Shown piece by piece: positions 52,191-59,921 of a stretch of 59,921 bases of DNA. The stretch's first letter is position 1, and the number at the start of each line of letters is the position of its first letter. The notes beneath the pieces were generated by a model that saw only the letters and a program-made list of their open reading frames with translations, was not told the origin of the DNA and made no database searches. This DNA is from Bacteroidales bacterium (GTDB taxonomy: Bacteria > Bacteroidota > Bacteroidia > Bacteroidales > WCHB1-69). The stretch is taken from positions 1 through 59,921 of the forward strand of contig JAEEIG010000055.1 in the NCBI GenBank assembly GCA_016281255.1, read 5' to 3'. The position numbers and the translations under genes were made by a program.

Positions 52191-53434
52191 AAGGCAGTAT
52201 TTCGATATAGGGCTGATTTTTTAAGGTTATAGGCTGGAATTAATGATGTCAACAGGCTGATTAGCAGTATAGTTGCCATTACCACAAGCAAGTCGGCAAC
52301 CTGTATCTGCACGGGGTAGTAAGGGATGATGTAATGGGCGCCGCCGCCGCCTAATTTCACGATATGGAAGACCTGCTGCAGGAAACAGACAAATGCCCCC
52401 AACAGCGTGCCCGCCACGCCGCCCAAGGCGGAAACCAGCATCCCTTCATAGACAAAGACCCTTTGTATCAACGATTTGGAAGCGCCCATACTGAAGAGCA
52501 CCGCGGTATCCATCTTCTTCTCCAGAATCAGCATGCCCAAAGCTCCGATGATGTTGAATGCCGCCAAAATCAGGATAAACGCCAGAATCAGGTAAATCAT
52601 GAATTTTTCCGACTTCATGGTTTTATACAGGGAGTCCTCCTGCTCCTGTTGGTCCTTGATGATGTACTTATCACCCACGACACCGGCAATTTGCGAACGG
52701 GCACGGGATAAATTCGCCCCCTCGTTCAACTCCACCTCCACCGATGTCACCTCCCCGTCATAGTTCATCAGCTCACGAACAAACCCGATCGGACAGAAGA
52801 TGTAGTTCTCGTCGTAATTGGTGTTGGTGCTAAGCACTCCGGACGGCATAAGATACTGGGTGTTAAAGGCATCGGCGGGATTGGCGAAGTTCTTTTTCGT
52901 CCGTTTGGGGTAATAGACCTTCATCAGCTCGTAGCTCAACAGGTTGACTTCCAGCCTGCCGGCTACACCCGAGCCCATCACGGCGCAAGGTTGGTCCATC
53001 TTGTACATGGTCGCGTCGCCGTCGATGATCATCTGTTCGAAATGGTTGTTCCGGAAATAGCCGGCAGGCACGCCTTTCAGGTAGAGGAGTTCCTGACGGT
53101 CGTCGTATTGGGCCAAGGCCATGTCACACACGATTTCGTTGACGGCCTGCACTTCGGGAAGCTGCCGCAGCCGGGCCATCGGGAAGCTGTCGGTGGAAAA
53201 GGACTTGCCCTCGCGCAGGGTTATTTCGTAGTCGGCGTGCAGCGCGTTGAACCACCCCCCGATGATGTCGGACATGCCGTTGAAAACGGAGAGCACCACG
53301 ACGAGCGCGGCAGTGCTCACCATGATGCCGATCATGGAGACTCCGGAGATGACGTTGATGATATTGTGTTCTTTTTTGGAGAAAAGATAACGCCACGCCA
53401 GGAAAAAGGCCGTTTTATGCGCTTCGCGGGACAC
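52187..53434 (-). CDS. FtsX-like ABC transporter permease (LolC/E family)
   Basis: ...FFLAWRYLFSKKEHNIINVISGVSMIGIMV... is a typical LolE N-terminus, and the FtsX domain is at the C-terminus. The start is GTG at 53434, overlapping the rbfA stop by 1 nt. Its stop overlaps the porZ-like ATG (ATGA). Confidence 0.85.
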   Translation of the reverse strand: MSREAHKTAFFLAWRYLFSKKEHNIINVISGVSMIGIMVSTAALVVVLSVFNGMSDIIGGWFNALHADYEITLREGKSFSTDSFPMARLRQLPEVQAVNEIVCDMALAQYDDRQELLYLKGVPAGYFRNNHFEQMIIDGDATMYKMDQPCAVMGSGVAGRLEVNLLSYELMKVYYPKRTKKNFANPADAFNTQYLMPSGVLSTNTNYDENYIFCPIGFVRELMNYDGEVTSVEVELNEGANLSRARSQIAGVVGDKYIIKDQQEQEDSLYKTMKSEKFMIYLILAFILILAAFNIIGALGMLILEKKMDTAVLFSMGASKSLIQRVFVYEGMLVSALGGVAGTLLGAFVCFLQQVFHIVKLGGGGAHYIIPYYPVQIQVADLLVVMATILLISLLTSLIPAYNLKKSALYRNTAL

Positions 53435-53769
53435 TATTTCTTCAAAAGTTCGTCGATATGCTCCAAGTAATCCAGCGTGTCGTCCAGAAAGAACTCAAGA
53501 GTGGGGACCACACGCATCTGGTTGCGGATCTGCTGTCCGAGGCGGTAGCGGATGTCTTTTGTATTTTCCTTTATCAGATTGATAATCACCTCTTTGTCCT
53601 GTGTATTGTAGATACTCAAGTAGGCACGCGCAATAGACAGGTCGGAGGTGATGGTCACCTTCGTCACCGTAATCATGCATTTGTAGATATTTCGGCTGTC
53701 CTGCAGGAAGATATTCGCCAATTCGCGTTGCAGCATGGCTGCGATTTTCTGTTGTCTTGTCGTATTCAT
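53434..53769 (-). CDS. rbfA: ribosome-binding factor A
   Basis: MNTTRQQKIAAMLQRELANIF...ITVTKVTITSDLSIARAYLSIY. ATG 53769 is preferred over the ORF-track start at 53817. Confidence 0.9.
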   Translation of the reverse strand: MNTTRQQKIAAMLQRELANIFLQDSRNIYKCMITVTKVTITSDLSIARAYLSIYNTQDKEVIINLIKENTKDIRYRLGQQIRNQMRVVPTLEFFLDDTLDYLEHIDELLKK

Positions 53770-53788
53770 CGTCTCGAATTTGAAACGG

Positions 53789-53796
53789 CAAAGGTA
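53789..53796 (-). promoter_or_regulatory. -7 promoter box TACCTTTG for the rbfA operon
   Basis: The plus strand reads caaaggta, a perfect TAnnTTTG on the minus strand, 20 nt upstream of ATG 53769. Confidence 0.55.
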
Positions 53797-53861
53797 CACA
53801 AAATTCAAATACACCAAGACAATTTATGTTTCACATATAGAGAGGCAAATAATCGTCCCTG

Positions 53862-54713
53862 CTATGAAGCGTTGTCGCGGATGTGCACGTCCATTTGGTT
53901 GAACGGGATCTCCAATCCTTCTTCGCAGAAGGCGTTGTATATCCCTTCGTTCAGCGAGTAGAGTGTGGCCCAATAATTCTCGGGAAGCGTCCAAGCGTAG
54001 AGTCGCATGTGGAGAGAACTGTCTTCGAAATTTTCCAACGTGGCGTACGGGGCTTTCGGCTCGTGCAGCACTAACGGATTCTCCGCAGCCACCCTGACCA
54101 TCACCTCCTTGGCCTTCTCCACCGACATGCCGTAGGCCAACCCCACGTCGATGGCCACACGCCGCTGAGGCAGGTTGAAGTGGTTCACCAACGACTTGGT
54201 CGCCAGTTCAGTGTTCGGCACAATGATCTTGCGGGCGTCATAGGTGCGCAACGTGGTGTTGAAGATCTGGATGCTCTCCACAAAACCGGCATACGGGCCC
54301 TGCTCGACATAGTCTCCCACCTTGAACGGTTTGAGCAACAGGATGATAACACCGCCGGCGAAATTCTGCAACGTGCCTTGCAACCCCATGCCGATGGCCA
54401 CACCCGCAGCTCCCAGGATGGCGATGAAAGAGGTCATCTGGATACCCATGATACCCATGGCCGTGACCACCAACAGCACCTTCAGGACGATGTCGATCAG
54501 TGAATGCAGGAACTCTTGCAGCGACGGGTCAACTTTGTGCCGGTCGTAAGCCCGCTTCATCACCTTGTTCAGCAGCTTGATGAGCTTCCAGCCCACAAAG
54601 AGCACAATACACGCCACGATGAGCTTCGGCACATACTGGAACACCACGTCGTTCAGAAACTGTTTCGCCCCTTCGGCGAAGGAACCCCAATGGGTATCTC
54701 CTGTTTTATCCAT
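53862..54713 (-). CDS. mechanosensitive ion channel (MscS family)
   Basis: Three TM helices followed by ...NFAGGVIILLLKPFKVGDYV...IQIFNTTLRTYDARKIIVPN, the MscS beta-domain signature. Confidence 0.9.
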   Translation of the reverse strand: MDKTGDTHWGSFAEGAKQFLNDVVFQYVPKLIVACIVLFVGWKLIKLLNKVMKRAYDRHKVDPSLQEFLHSLIDIVLKVLLVVTAMGIMGIQMTSFIAILGAAGVAIGMGLQGTLQNFAGGVIILLLKPFKVGDYVEQGPYAGFVESIQIFNTTLRTYDARKIIVPNTELATKSLVNHFNLPQRRVAIDVGLAYGMSVEKAKEVMVRVAAENPLVLHEPKAPYATLENFEDSSLHMRLYAWTLPENYWATLYSLNEGIYNAFCEEGLEIPFNQMDVHIRDNAS

Positions 54714-54733
54714 ATCCGATGACTTTGAAAATG

Positions 54734-54741
54734 CAAAAATA
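54734..54741 (-). promoter_or_regulatory. -7 promoter box TATTTTTG for the mscS-family gene
   Basis: The plus strand reads caaaaata, 21 nt upstream of ATG 54713. Confidence 0.55.
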
Positions 54742-54810
54742 AAAATTTTGCGTTTCCAACCCCCTTTTTCGTTTTCATAAAAAAAGTTTCCAACCCATTC
54801 AATAAATTCC

Positions 54811-54818
54811 GTATTTTT
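54811..54818 (+). promoter_or_regulatory. -7 promoter box TATTTTTG for the 54844 operon
   Basis: Perfect TAnnTTTG match, 26 nt upstream of ATG 54844. Confidence 0.55.
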
Positions 54819-54843
54819 GCCGTTTGATTAAAAACGTAAAAAA

Positions 54844-54984
54844 ATGAAAAAGATCATTGCATTAGTTGTCCTGTTTTTAGGCTCTGTTTTGGTATTCTCC
54901 GCTTGTGACACGCAAAAACGTTGCGCCGCTTACGGCCATTATACCTACTTTGCTCCGGCTGAAAATCCGGGCAACGCCGACTAA
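54844..54984 (+). CDS. small putative lipoprotein (46 aa, below the ORF-track cutoff)
   Basis: MKKIIALVVLFLGSVLVFSACDTQKRCAAYGHYTYFAPAENPGNAD has a signal peptide with lipobox-like VFSAC. A promoter box lies just upstream, and the stop is 11 nt before the next ATG. Confidence 0.5.
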   Translation: MKKIIALVVLFLGSVLVFSACDTQKRCAAYGHYTYFAPAENPGNAD

Positions 54985-54995
54985 CACGCCTGCTC

Positions 54996-55763
54996 ATGCC
55001 ATCCCGGGGCGCCACACGGAGACATCTGCACAAAGCGCTGCTAACCATGCTGTTGGCGGCTGCTTTTGTCATGTCTGACGCCCAGAATGTCGGAGAGTAT
55101 CACCACGACGTGACCACCAAAGAGTGGAATTTCCAGATTTTCGCCAACACGGCCGGTTTCGGCGGCGGGTTCCAGCACGGCCGCACCCCCGACCTCTACA
55201 ACAAGCACTTCTGGGAGCTGCAGTTCATGTCGAACCGGCACCCGAAGTCGGTGCGCTCCATCAACGCCCTGTACGAAAACGTGCGCCCCATCCGCTACGG
55301 ACAGCTCTACTCGCTCTTTTTCCTGCAAGGCGGCTACGGCTATCAACGCACCCTGCACCTGAAGCCCTATTGGGGCGGCGTGCAGATCAGCTACTCATTG
55401 TCGGCGGGTCCTGCACTCGGCATCGGCATCCCCAACTATGTGGAGGTATTGAACTATAACACAGGTTTTTCCGAGATTGTTCGCTACGACCCCGACAAGC
55501 ACAACCTCAACAACATCCTCGGCGGCGCCCGCTGGTACTCCGGGCTCTCCGAGACCATTTTCCGGCCCGGTTTCTACGCCAAAACCGGACTCACCTTCGA
55601 TTTCGCGAAGAGCGACTACAAGCTCCGCGCACTCGAAATCGGACTGCAGGTCCAGATGGTCTTCCCCTTCATCCAGCAGATGGCCTTCAACCCTGCCAAA
55701 AAGTTCTACCTCACCGGCTACCTCAGCTTCAACTTCGGCAAAAAAGTGGGTGTCCACGGGTAA
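54996..55763 (+). CDS. hypothetical outer-membrane beta-barrel-like protein
   Basis: 255 aa with signal-like LLTMLLAAAFVMSDAQ. It has alternating aromatic/glycine-rich strands and a C-terminal YLSFNFGKK. I recognise no family. Confidence 0.7.
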   Translation: MPSRGATRRHLHKALLTMLLAAAFVMSDAQNVGEYHHDVTTKEWNFQIFANTAGFGGGFQHGRTPDLYNKHFWELQFMSNRHPKSVRSINALYENVRPIRYGQLYSLFFLQGGYGYQRTLHLKPYWGGVQISYSLSAGPALGIGIPNYVEVLNYNTGFSEIVRYDPDKHNLNNILGGARWYSGLSETIFRPGFYAKTGLTFDFAKSDYKLRALEIGLQVQMVFPFIQQMAFNPAKKFYLTGYLSFNFGKKVGVHG

Positions 55764-55765
55764 CC

Positions 55766-55793
55766 GTAGAGACGTGCCAGGGCGCGTCCCTAC
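55766..55793. repeat. REP-like palindrome, family R1
   Basis: GTAGAGACGTGC-CAGG-GCGCGTCCCTAC forms a 12-bp stem with one mismatch and one wobble pair. It has the same GTAGRGACG...CGTCYCTAC ends as 3660..3687. Confidence 0.8.
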
Positions 55794-55817
55794 CATCGTA
55801 AAACGAAAACATAAAAT

Positions 55818-57461
55818 ATGAAAAAACGCATTATAACCGCGATTATCATCGCCATCTCAGGATTTCTCACCGGCATCCACGCCCAAAACGACTTCGAGAT
55901 CGTCAAAAACGTGGACATCTTCATCAGCGTGCTCAACGAGCTGAACGACAAATACGCCGATGAAATCTCGCCCGGCGAGCTCACCCAGACCGCCATCAAG
56001 GCCATGCTCAAAAGCCTCGACCCCTACACCGTCTATTACAACGAAGGGGAAATCGAGACCTACCGCATGCAGAACGCCGGCGAATCGGGCGATATCGACA
56101 TCACGCTGAAATCCATTGACAAACAGCTGGTTATCACCGACATGGTGAAAGACGGCCCCTCCGCAAAGGCCGGTCTGCGCGTGGGCGACCGCATCCTCAG
56201 CGTCAACGGACAGTCGTCGGAGAGCCGGGGCATCGACGCCATCTACCTGGCCATGCACGGTCAACCCGGCAGCACCTACAACGTGGAGGTTTTCCGTCCC
56301 ACCGACAGCAAGAACCTGACTTTCAAGGTGAAACGGGAGAAGGTGAAGCAGCCCAACATCCCCTACTCCGGCATCCTCGGCGACAAAGTGGGCTACATCA
56401 AGCTCAACCAGTTCCTCGAAAAGGCCGGCAGCGAAGTCTATGACGCCCTCAAGCAGCTGAAGGATGAAGGAATGCAGTATCTTATCATCGACCTGCGCGA
56501 CAACGGCGGCGGTCTGCTCGGCGAGGCCGTCAACATCATCGACCTCTTTGTGGGCAAGGATGTGAAAGTCGTGGAAACCAAGGGTAAAATCGAGGAGATG
56601 AACCGCATTTACAGCACCCGCAACCCCGCCGCCGACCCTGACATCCCCATCGTCGTGCTGGTGAACGAACACAGCGCCTCCGCCTCCGAGATCGTCTCCG
56701 GCACGCTGCAGGACCTCGACCGCGCCGTCATCGTGGGGCACAAGTCCTTCGGTAAGGGACTGGTACAGAAAGTCTATCCAATGGACTACAACACCAGCAT
56801 GAAAATCACCATATCGAAATACTATATCCCCAGCGGCCGTTGCGTGCAGAACATCGAGTATTTCGACCGCGACACCACCAAGGGGGGATACAAAATCCCA
56901 GATTCGCTGGCGGTTGCGTATAAGACCAAGAACGGCAGAACCGTCTATGACAAGGGCGGTGTGGAACCCGACGTGGCGGTTCCCGACGAGGTGCAGCCCG
57001 ACATCCTGACAGCGCTCATCGAGGCGCAAGCCATCTTCGACTTCGCCAACGAATACCGCGCCAAGCACGAGACCATCGCCGAGGCGGCGACCTTTACCGT
57101 GGACGACGCCCTCTACAACGAGTTTCTGGCCTTCCTGAAAGCGAAAAAATACAACTATACAACCGCATTGGAAGAGGCATTGGAGGATCTGAAGACTACC
57201 GCGGTAGATGAAAAGGCCTTTGCAAGCATCCAAACGGCCTACAATCAGCTGAAAGCGCAGGTGGAGAACCTCAAAACGCAGGATTTGACCACCTACAAGC
57301 CCGAAATCGCCCGCGCGCTGACACAGGAGATCGTTTCACGCTACTACTACAGCACCGGCAAGCTCATCAACAGTCTGCACCATGACCGCTACATCGAAGC
57401 GGCCAAGTCGGTGCTGCTCAATCCGAGCCGCTACCAATCGATCCTCTCCCCGAAAAAATAG
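55818..57461 (+). CDS. S41 family C-terminal processing peptidase
   Basis: PDZ region (GLRVGDRILSVNG). Catalytic region ...LIIDLRDNGGGLL...IVVLVNEHSASASEIVSGTLQD...VIVGHKSFGKGLVQ. Confidence 0.9.
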   Translation: MKKRIITAIIIAISGFLTGIHAQNDFEIVKNVDIFISVLNELNDKYADEISPGELTQTAIKAMLKSLDPYTVYYNEGEIETYRMQNAGESGDIDITLKSIDKQLVITDMVKDGPSAKAGLRVGDRILSVNGQSSESRGIDAIYLAMHGQPGSTYNVEVFRPTDSKNLTFKVKREKVKQPNIPYSGILGDKVGYIKLNQFLEKAGSEVYDALKQLKDEGMQYLIIDLRDNGGGLLGEAVNIIDLFVGKDVKVVETKGKIEEMNRIYSTRNPAADPDIPIVVLVNEHSASASEIVSGTLQDLDRAVIVGHKSFGKGLVQKVYPMDYNTSMKITISKYYIPSGRCVQNIEYFDRDTTKGGYKIPDSLAVAYKTKNGRTVYDKGGVEPDVAVPDEVQPDILTALIEAQAIFDFANEYRAKHETIAEAATFTVDDALYNEFLAFLKAKKYNYTTALEEALEDLKTTAVDEKAFASIQTAYNQLKAQVENLKTQDLTTYKPEIARALTQEIVSRYYYSTGKLINSLHHDRYIEAAKSVLLNPSRYQSILSPKK

Positions 57462-57464
57462 CGC

Positions 57465-58994
57465 ATGACCCGGAAGAGCTTCCATCAGACGTTCTATCTG
57501 CTCGGCACCGTCGCAGCGGTCGTGGCGTTGCCGCTGTCGCATTTCCTGATGGGACTGTCCAGCTTCCTGCTCGTCCTCAACTGGCTGGCCGAATGGAACT
57601 GGCAGGAGAAAAAGCGGTATTGGCAGAGGAACCGCCAAGGGCTTCTGTTTCCCGCATTCTACCTTGTCTATGCCATCGGACTGGTGAATGTCACCGACTG
57701 GGGTGCGGCGGGCTCCGACATGCTTTCAAAGCTCCCGTTCTTGCTTTCACCGCTCATCATCATCTCCTCCAAACCATTCAACAAAAGGCAATTACAACTC
57801 ATCTTCAGCTCTTTCGCCCTTGCCACCCTGATAGGTTGTATCTGCAATTTCACCTACGCCCAAACCCACGTCCTTGAGGATTACCGCCAGATGTCGCACT
57901 TCATCGACCACATCCGCTTCGGCCTCTGCGTGGTGATGTCCATCGTTTTCTGCATCCACTACCTGCTCCATCCCACCGGCAGCGGTTCCATTCTGAAGCT
58001 CATATACCTGTTTGTCAGCCTATTACTCCTTGTCTATCTGATCTATTCCCAAACCCTCTCCGGCATCCTCATTCTGATGGCGATTACCTTCTGTTTCATC
58101 ATCCATCTTATTCTAAATCAGAAGAATACCCGTCTAAAATGGACCTTGGGCGGTTTGACGGGCGCGTTGCTGACTGCCGCCATCGTTTACATTCTGTACA
58201 TCTCCTACGACTATTTCCACGTGAAGGATCCCGCACCCGACACAACCGAACTCACCGCATCCGGAAATCCGTACAGTTTCGACGACAATCCCATGGTGGA
58301 GAGCGGGCACTACCTCGAATATTGGGTTTGCGCGCCGGAGCTCGAGACCGCATGGGCCATGCGTTCCGATTCCGACTATAACGAACTGATTGCCTCCACC
58401 TTATGCAGATACCTCAATTCGCTCGGCTTGCGCAAGGACTCCGCCGCGGTGATGCAGCTCACCGACGAAGACATCCGCAACATCGAGCGGAAAACCGCCA
58501 ACGTCTATTACGTGCGCAACGGGCATATTCGGCGGGCACTGTACGAGACCTACTTCGGACTTTCGCGCTACGAGAAGCATGGTGTCATCACCAAATCGTC
58601 GCTGTTGGAGCGCATGGAACTGTGGCGGGCATCGTGGCAGGTCATCCGCGAACACTGGCTGTTCGGGGTGGGCATCGGGCAGCAGCGTGCGGCCTTGGAC
58701 CGTCAGTTAGAGCTTCAACACTCGCCTGTCATCGACAAGAGGAAGGGGCGCGGCAGTCACAACCAATTCCTCACCTTCTGGATCGCCGCCGGCATCATCC
58801 CCATGCTCTATTTCGGCTTCCTGCTGGTCTATCCTTTCGCCGCGATGCCGAAACGCATCACCTTCGTCTATTTCGCCTTCATCCTGCTCCTGTTCCTCTC
58901 CATGCTCGTCGAGGACACCCTCAACGCCCAAACCGGCCGCATGATGTTCACGGTTTTCGCGCCGATTCTGTTGTTTCATAACGACGAACTATAA
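57465..58994 (+). CDS. O-antigen ligase (Wzy_C) family membrane protein
   Basis: Polytopic, 509 aa. The loop ...GVGIGQQ....GSHNQFLTFWIAAGI is typical of the O-antigen ligase / Wzy_C domain. Confidence 0.8.
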   Translation: MTRKSFHQTFYLLGTVAAVVALPLSHFLMGLSSFLLVLNWLAEWNWQEKKRYWQRNRQGLLFPAFYLVYAIGLVNVTDWGAAGSDMLSKLPFLLSPLIIISSKPFNKRQLQLIFSSFALATLIGCICNFTYAQTHVLEDYRQMSHFIDHIRFGLCVVMSIVFCIHYLLHPTGSGSILKLIYLFVSLLLLVYLIYSQTLSGILILMAITFCFIIHLILNQKNTRLKWTLGGLTGALLTAAIVYILYISYDYFHVKDPAPDTTELTASGNPYSFDDNPMVESGHYLEYWVCAPELETAWAMRSDSDYNELIASTLCRYLNSLGLRKDSAAVMQLTDEDIRNIERKTANVYYVRNGHIRRALYETYFGLSRYEKHGVITKSSLLERMELWRASWQVIREHWLFGVGIGQQRAALDRQLELQHSPVIDKRKGRGSHNQFLTFWIAAGIIPMLYFGFLLVYPFAAMPKRITFVYFAFILLLFLSMLVEDTLNAQTGRMMFTVFAPILLFHNDEL

Positions 58995-59009
58995 TCTGCC
59001 CTACCGAGC

Positions 59010-59270
59010 TTTTGTCCCTGTCGGGACGGCTCAAGGAATATTTTTTTTACGTTGTCACCTTTTGTCCCTGTCGGGACGGCTCAAGGAATATTTTTTTCAC
59101 GTTGTCACCTTTTGTCCCTGTCGGGACGGCTCAAGGAATATTTTTTTTTCACGTTGTCACCTTTTGTCCCTGTCGGGACGGCTCAAGGAATATTTTTTTT
59201 CACGTTGTCACCTTTTGTCCCTGTCGGGACGGCTCAAGGAATATTTTTTTTCACGTTGTCACCTTTTGTC
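59010..59270 (+). repeat. 50-52 bp tandem repeat, 5 full copies plus a 9-nt partial sixth
   Basis: The unit is TTTTGTCCCTGTCGGGACGGCTCAAGGAATA-T(7-9)-(C)ACGTTGTCACC. The GTCCC motif starts at 59014, 59064, 59114, 59166 and 59217, with a partial copy at 59268. Copies differ in poly-T length (8, 7, 9, 8, 8), and one C is missing in copy 1. Confidence 0.95.
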
Positions 59271-59341
59271 TCATTCGTTCGTTTAACAGTTGAATCGATT
59301 CGGTAATAAACGAAAATGTGTAACCTTAAAAATTAATAGTC

Positions 59342-59797
59342 ATGGAAGAAATTTTTGAAGTATTAATGTTAGTCATCGTAGTAATCGGCTGTTGTGTAGT
59401 GCTGCCGCTGATGATTGTGTGGCTGACCAACAAACGCAAAAACCATGAAATCGACAAACAGACGGAAATTTTGATGGCGATGATGGAGAAACACCCCGAT
59501 CTCGATCCTGCCGAGGTGATGAAGAAGCTGAATGTGTCGAGCAAATCGCATAAAACCATCAAACAGAAACTGTTAGATAACGTCCTCACCGGCGGTTTTA
59601 TGACGTTGATGGGCCTTGCCGTCCTCATTCCTCACCTCTGCGGAATGGTCTTTTTCGGCAACAAAGAAAACGGCATCTTCTGCGGCGGAATCATGTTAGC
59701 CGTGGGCTTGGCGTTCCTCATCCACTACTTGGTGTCGAAAAAACAGCTGAGCGGTGAAATTGAGGCCGAAGAGAAACAATTGAAAGAACAGCAATAA
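59342..59797 (+). CDS. small membrane protein (about 3 TM) preceding an ECF sigma factor gene
   Basis: 151 aa: an N-terminal TM helix, a charged helix (MAMMEKHPDLDPAEVMKKL), two C-terminal TM helices and an acidic coiled tail. Possibly a DUF6249-like family, with low certainty. Confidence 0.7.
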   Translation: MEEIFEVLMLVIVVIGCCVVLPLMIVWLTNKRKNHEIDKQTEILMAMMEKHPDLDPAEVMKKLNVSSKSHKTIKQKLLDNVLTGGFMTLMGLAVLIPHLCGMVFFGNKENGIFCGGIMLAVGLAFLIHYLVSKKQLSGEIEAEEKQLKEQQ

Positions 59798-59805
59798 TCG
59801 CACTG

Positions 59806-59921
59806 ATGGAGCGAGAACAATTCATAGCCTTAGTTTCGGAGGAGCAGGAGTCTTTGCGGAGATTCCTGCTTGCCCTGTGTGAGGGCGACCGGATGGAGGC
59901 GGAGGACATCGCGCAGGAGGC
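59806..59921 (+). CDS. RNA polymerase ECF-type sigma-70 factor, N-terminal fragment (runs off the window)
   Basis: MEREQFIALVSEEQESLRRFLLALCEGDRMEAEDIAQE matches sigma-70 region 2.1 (…A.DI.QE). Only 38 codons are visible. Confidence 0.6.
   Translation, partial: MEREQFIALVSEEQESLRRFLLALCEGDRMEAEDIAQE

Noticed and set aside
59010-59270. CRISPR array hypothesis for the ~51-bp repeats.
   Set aside because: The repeats are directly abutting, with no unique spacers, and no cas genes are in view.
59012-59306. Three overlapping ORFs (59012..59293, 59052..59306, 59062..59286) encoding repeated peptides such as LSLSGRLKEYFF.
   Set aside because: They are simply the three reading frames of the 50-52 bp tandem repeat. 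The unit lengths are not multiples of 3, so the frames interchange. There is no start context.

Overview
This 59.9-kb window looks like chromosomal DNA from a high-GC Bacteroidota genome, probably Bacteroidales (Rikenellaceae/Alistipes-like is a guess). Support: repeated TAnnTTTG -7 promoter boxes, T9SS type A and type B C-terminal sorting domains, a FeoA-FeoB fusion and a PorZ-like double-propeller protein. I support about 40 CDS.

Core genes sit in GC-rich DNA: tatA, queE, iorAB, mreCD, a B12-riboswitch-controlled nrdDG, feoB, dusB, folD, and the run rbfA / lolE-like / porZ-like / recO / purH / ung / addB-like. They are interleaved with visibly AT-richer surface-protein loci:
- three secreted paralogous or lectin-like proteins at 12.8-18.1 kb
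- a CUB / P-domain / PKD protein with a type B CTD at 26.2-29.1 kb
- a 3302-aa T9SS adhesin at 30.9-40.8 kb

I saw no rRNA, tRNA, CRISPR array, transposase, integrase or reverse transcriptase.

The most unusual content is non-coding:
- At least six families of 7-8 nt tandem arrays are confined to intergenic DNA and often abut stop codons.
- Two copies of a MITE-like composite (inverted heptamer arrays around an AT-rich core) lie directly upstream of tatA and feoB.
- An AT-rich four-helix-bundle (23S rRNA IVS protein family) gene is bracketed by inverted octamer arrays.
- A repeat-dense 0.4-kb spacer lies next to feoB.
- A 5-copy, 50-52 bp tandem repeat differing almost only in poly-T length lies upstream of a membrane-protein / ECF-sigma pair.

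All functional calls come from reading translated motifs by eye. No database search was run.
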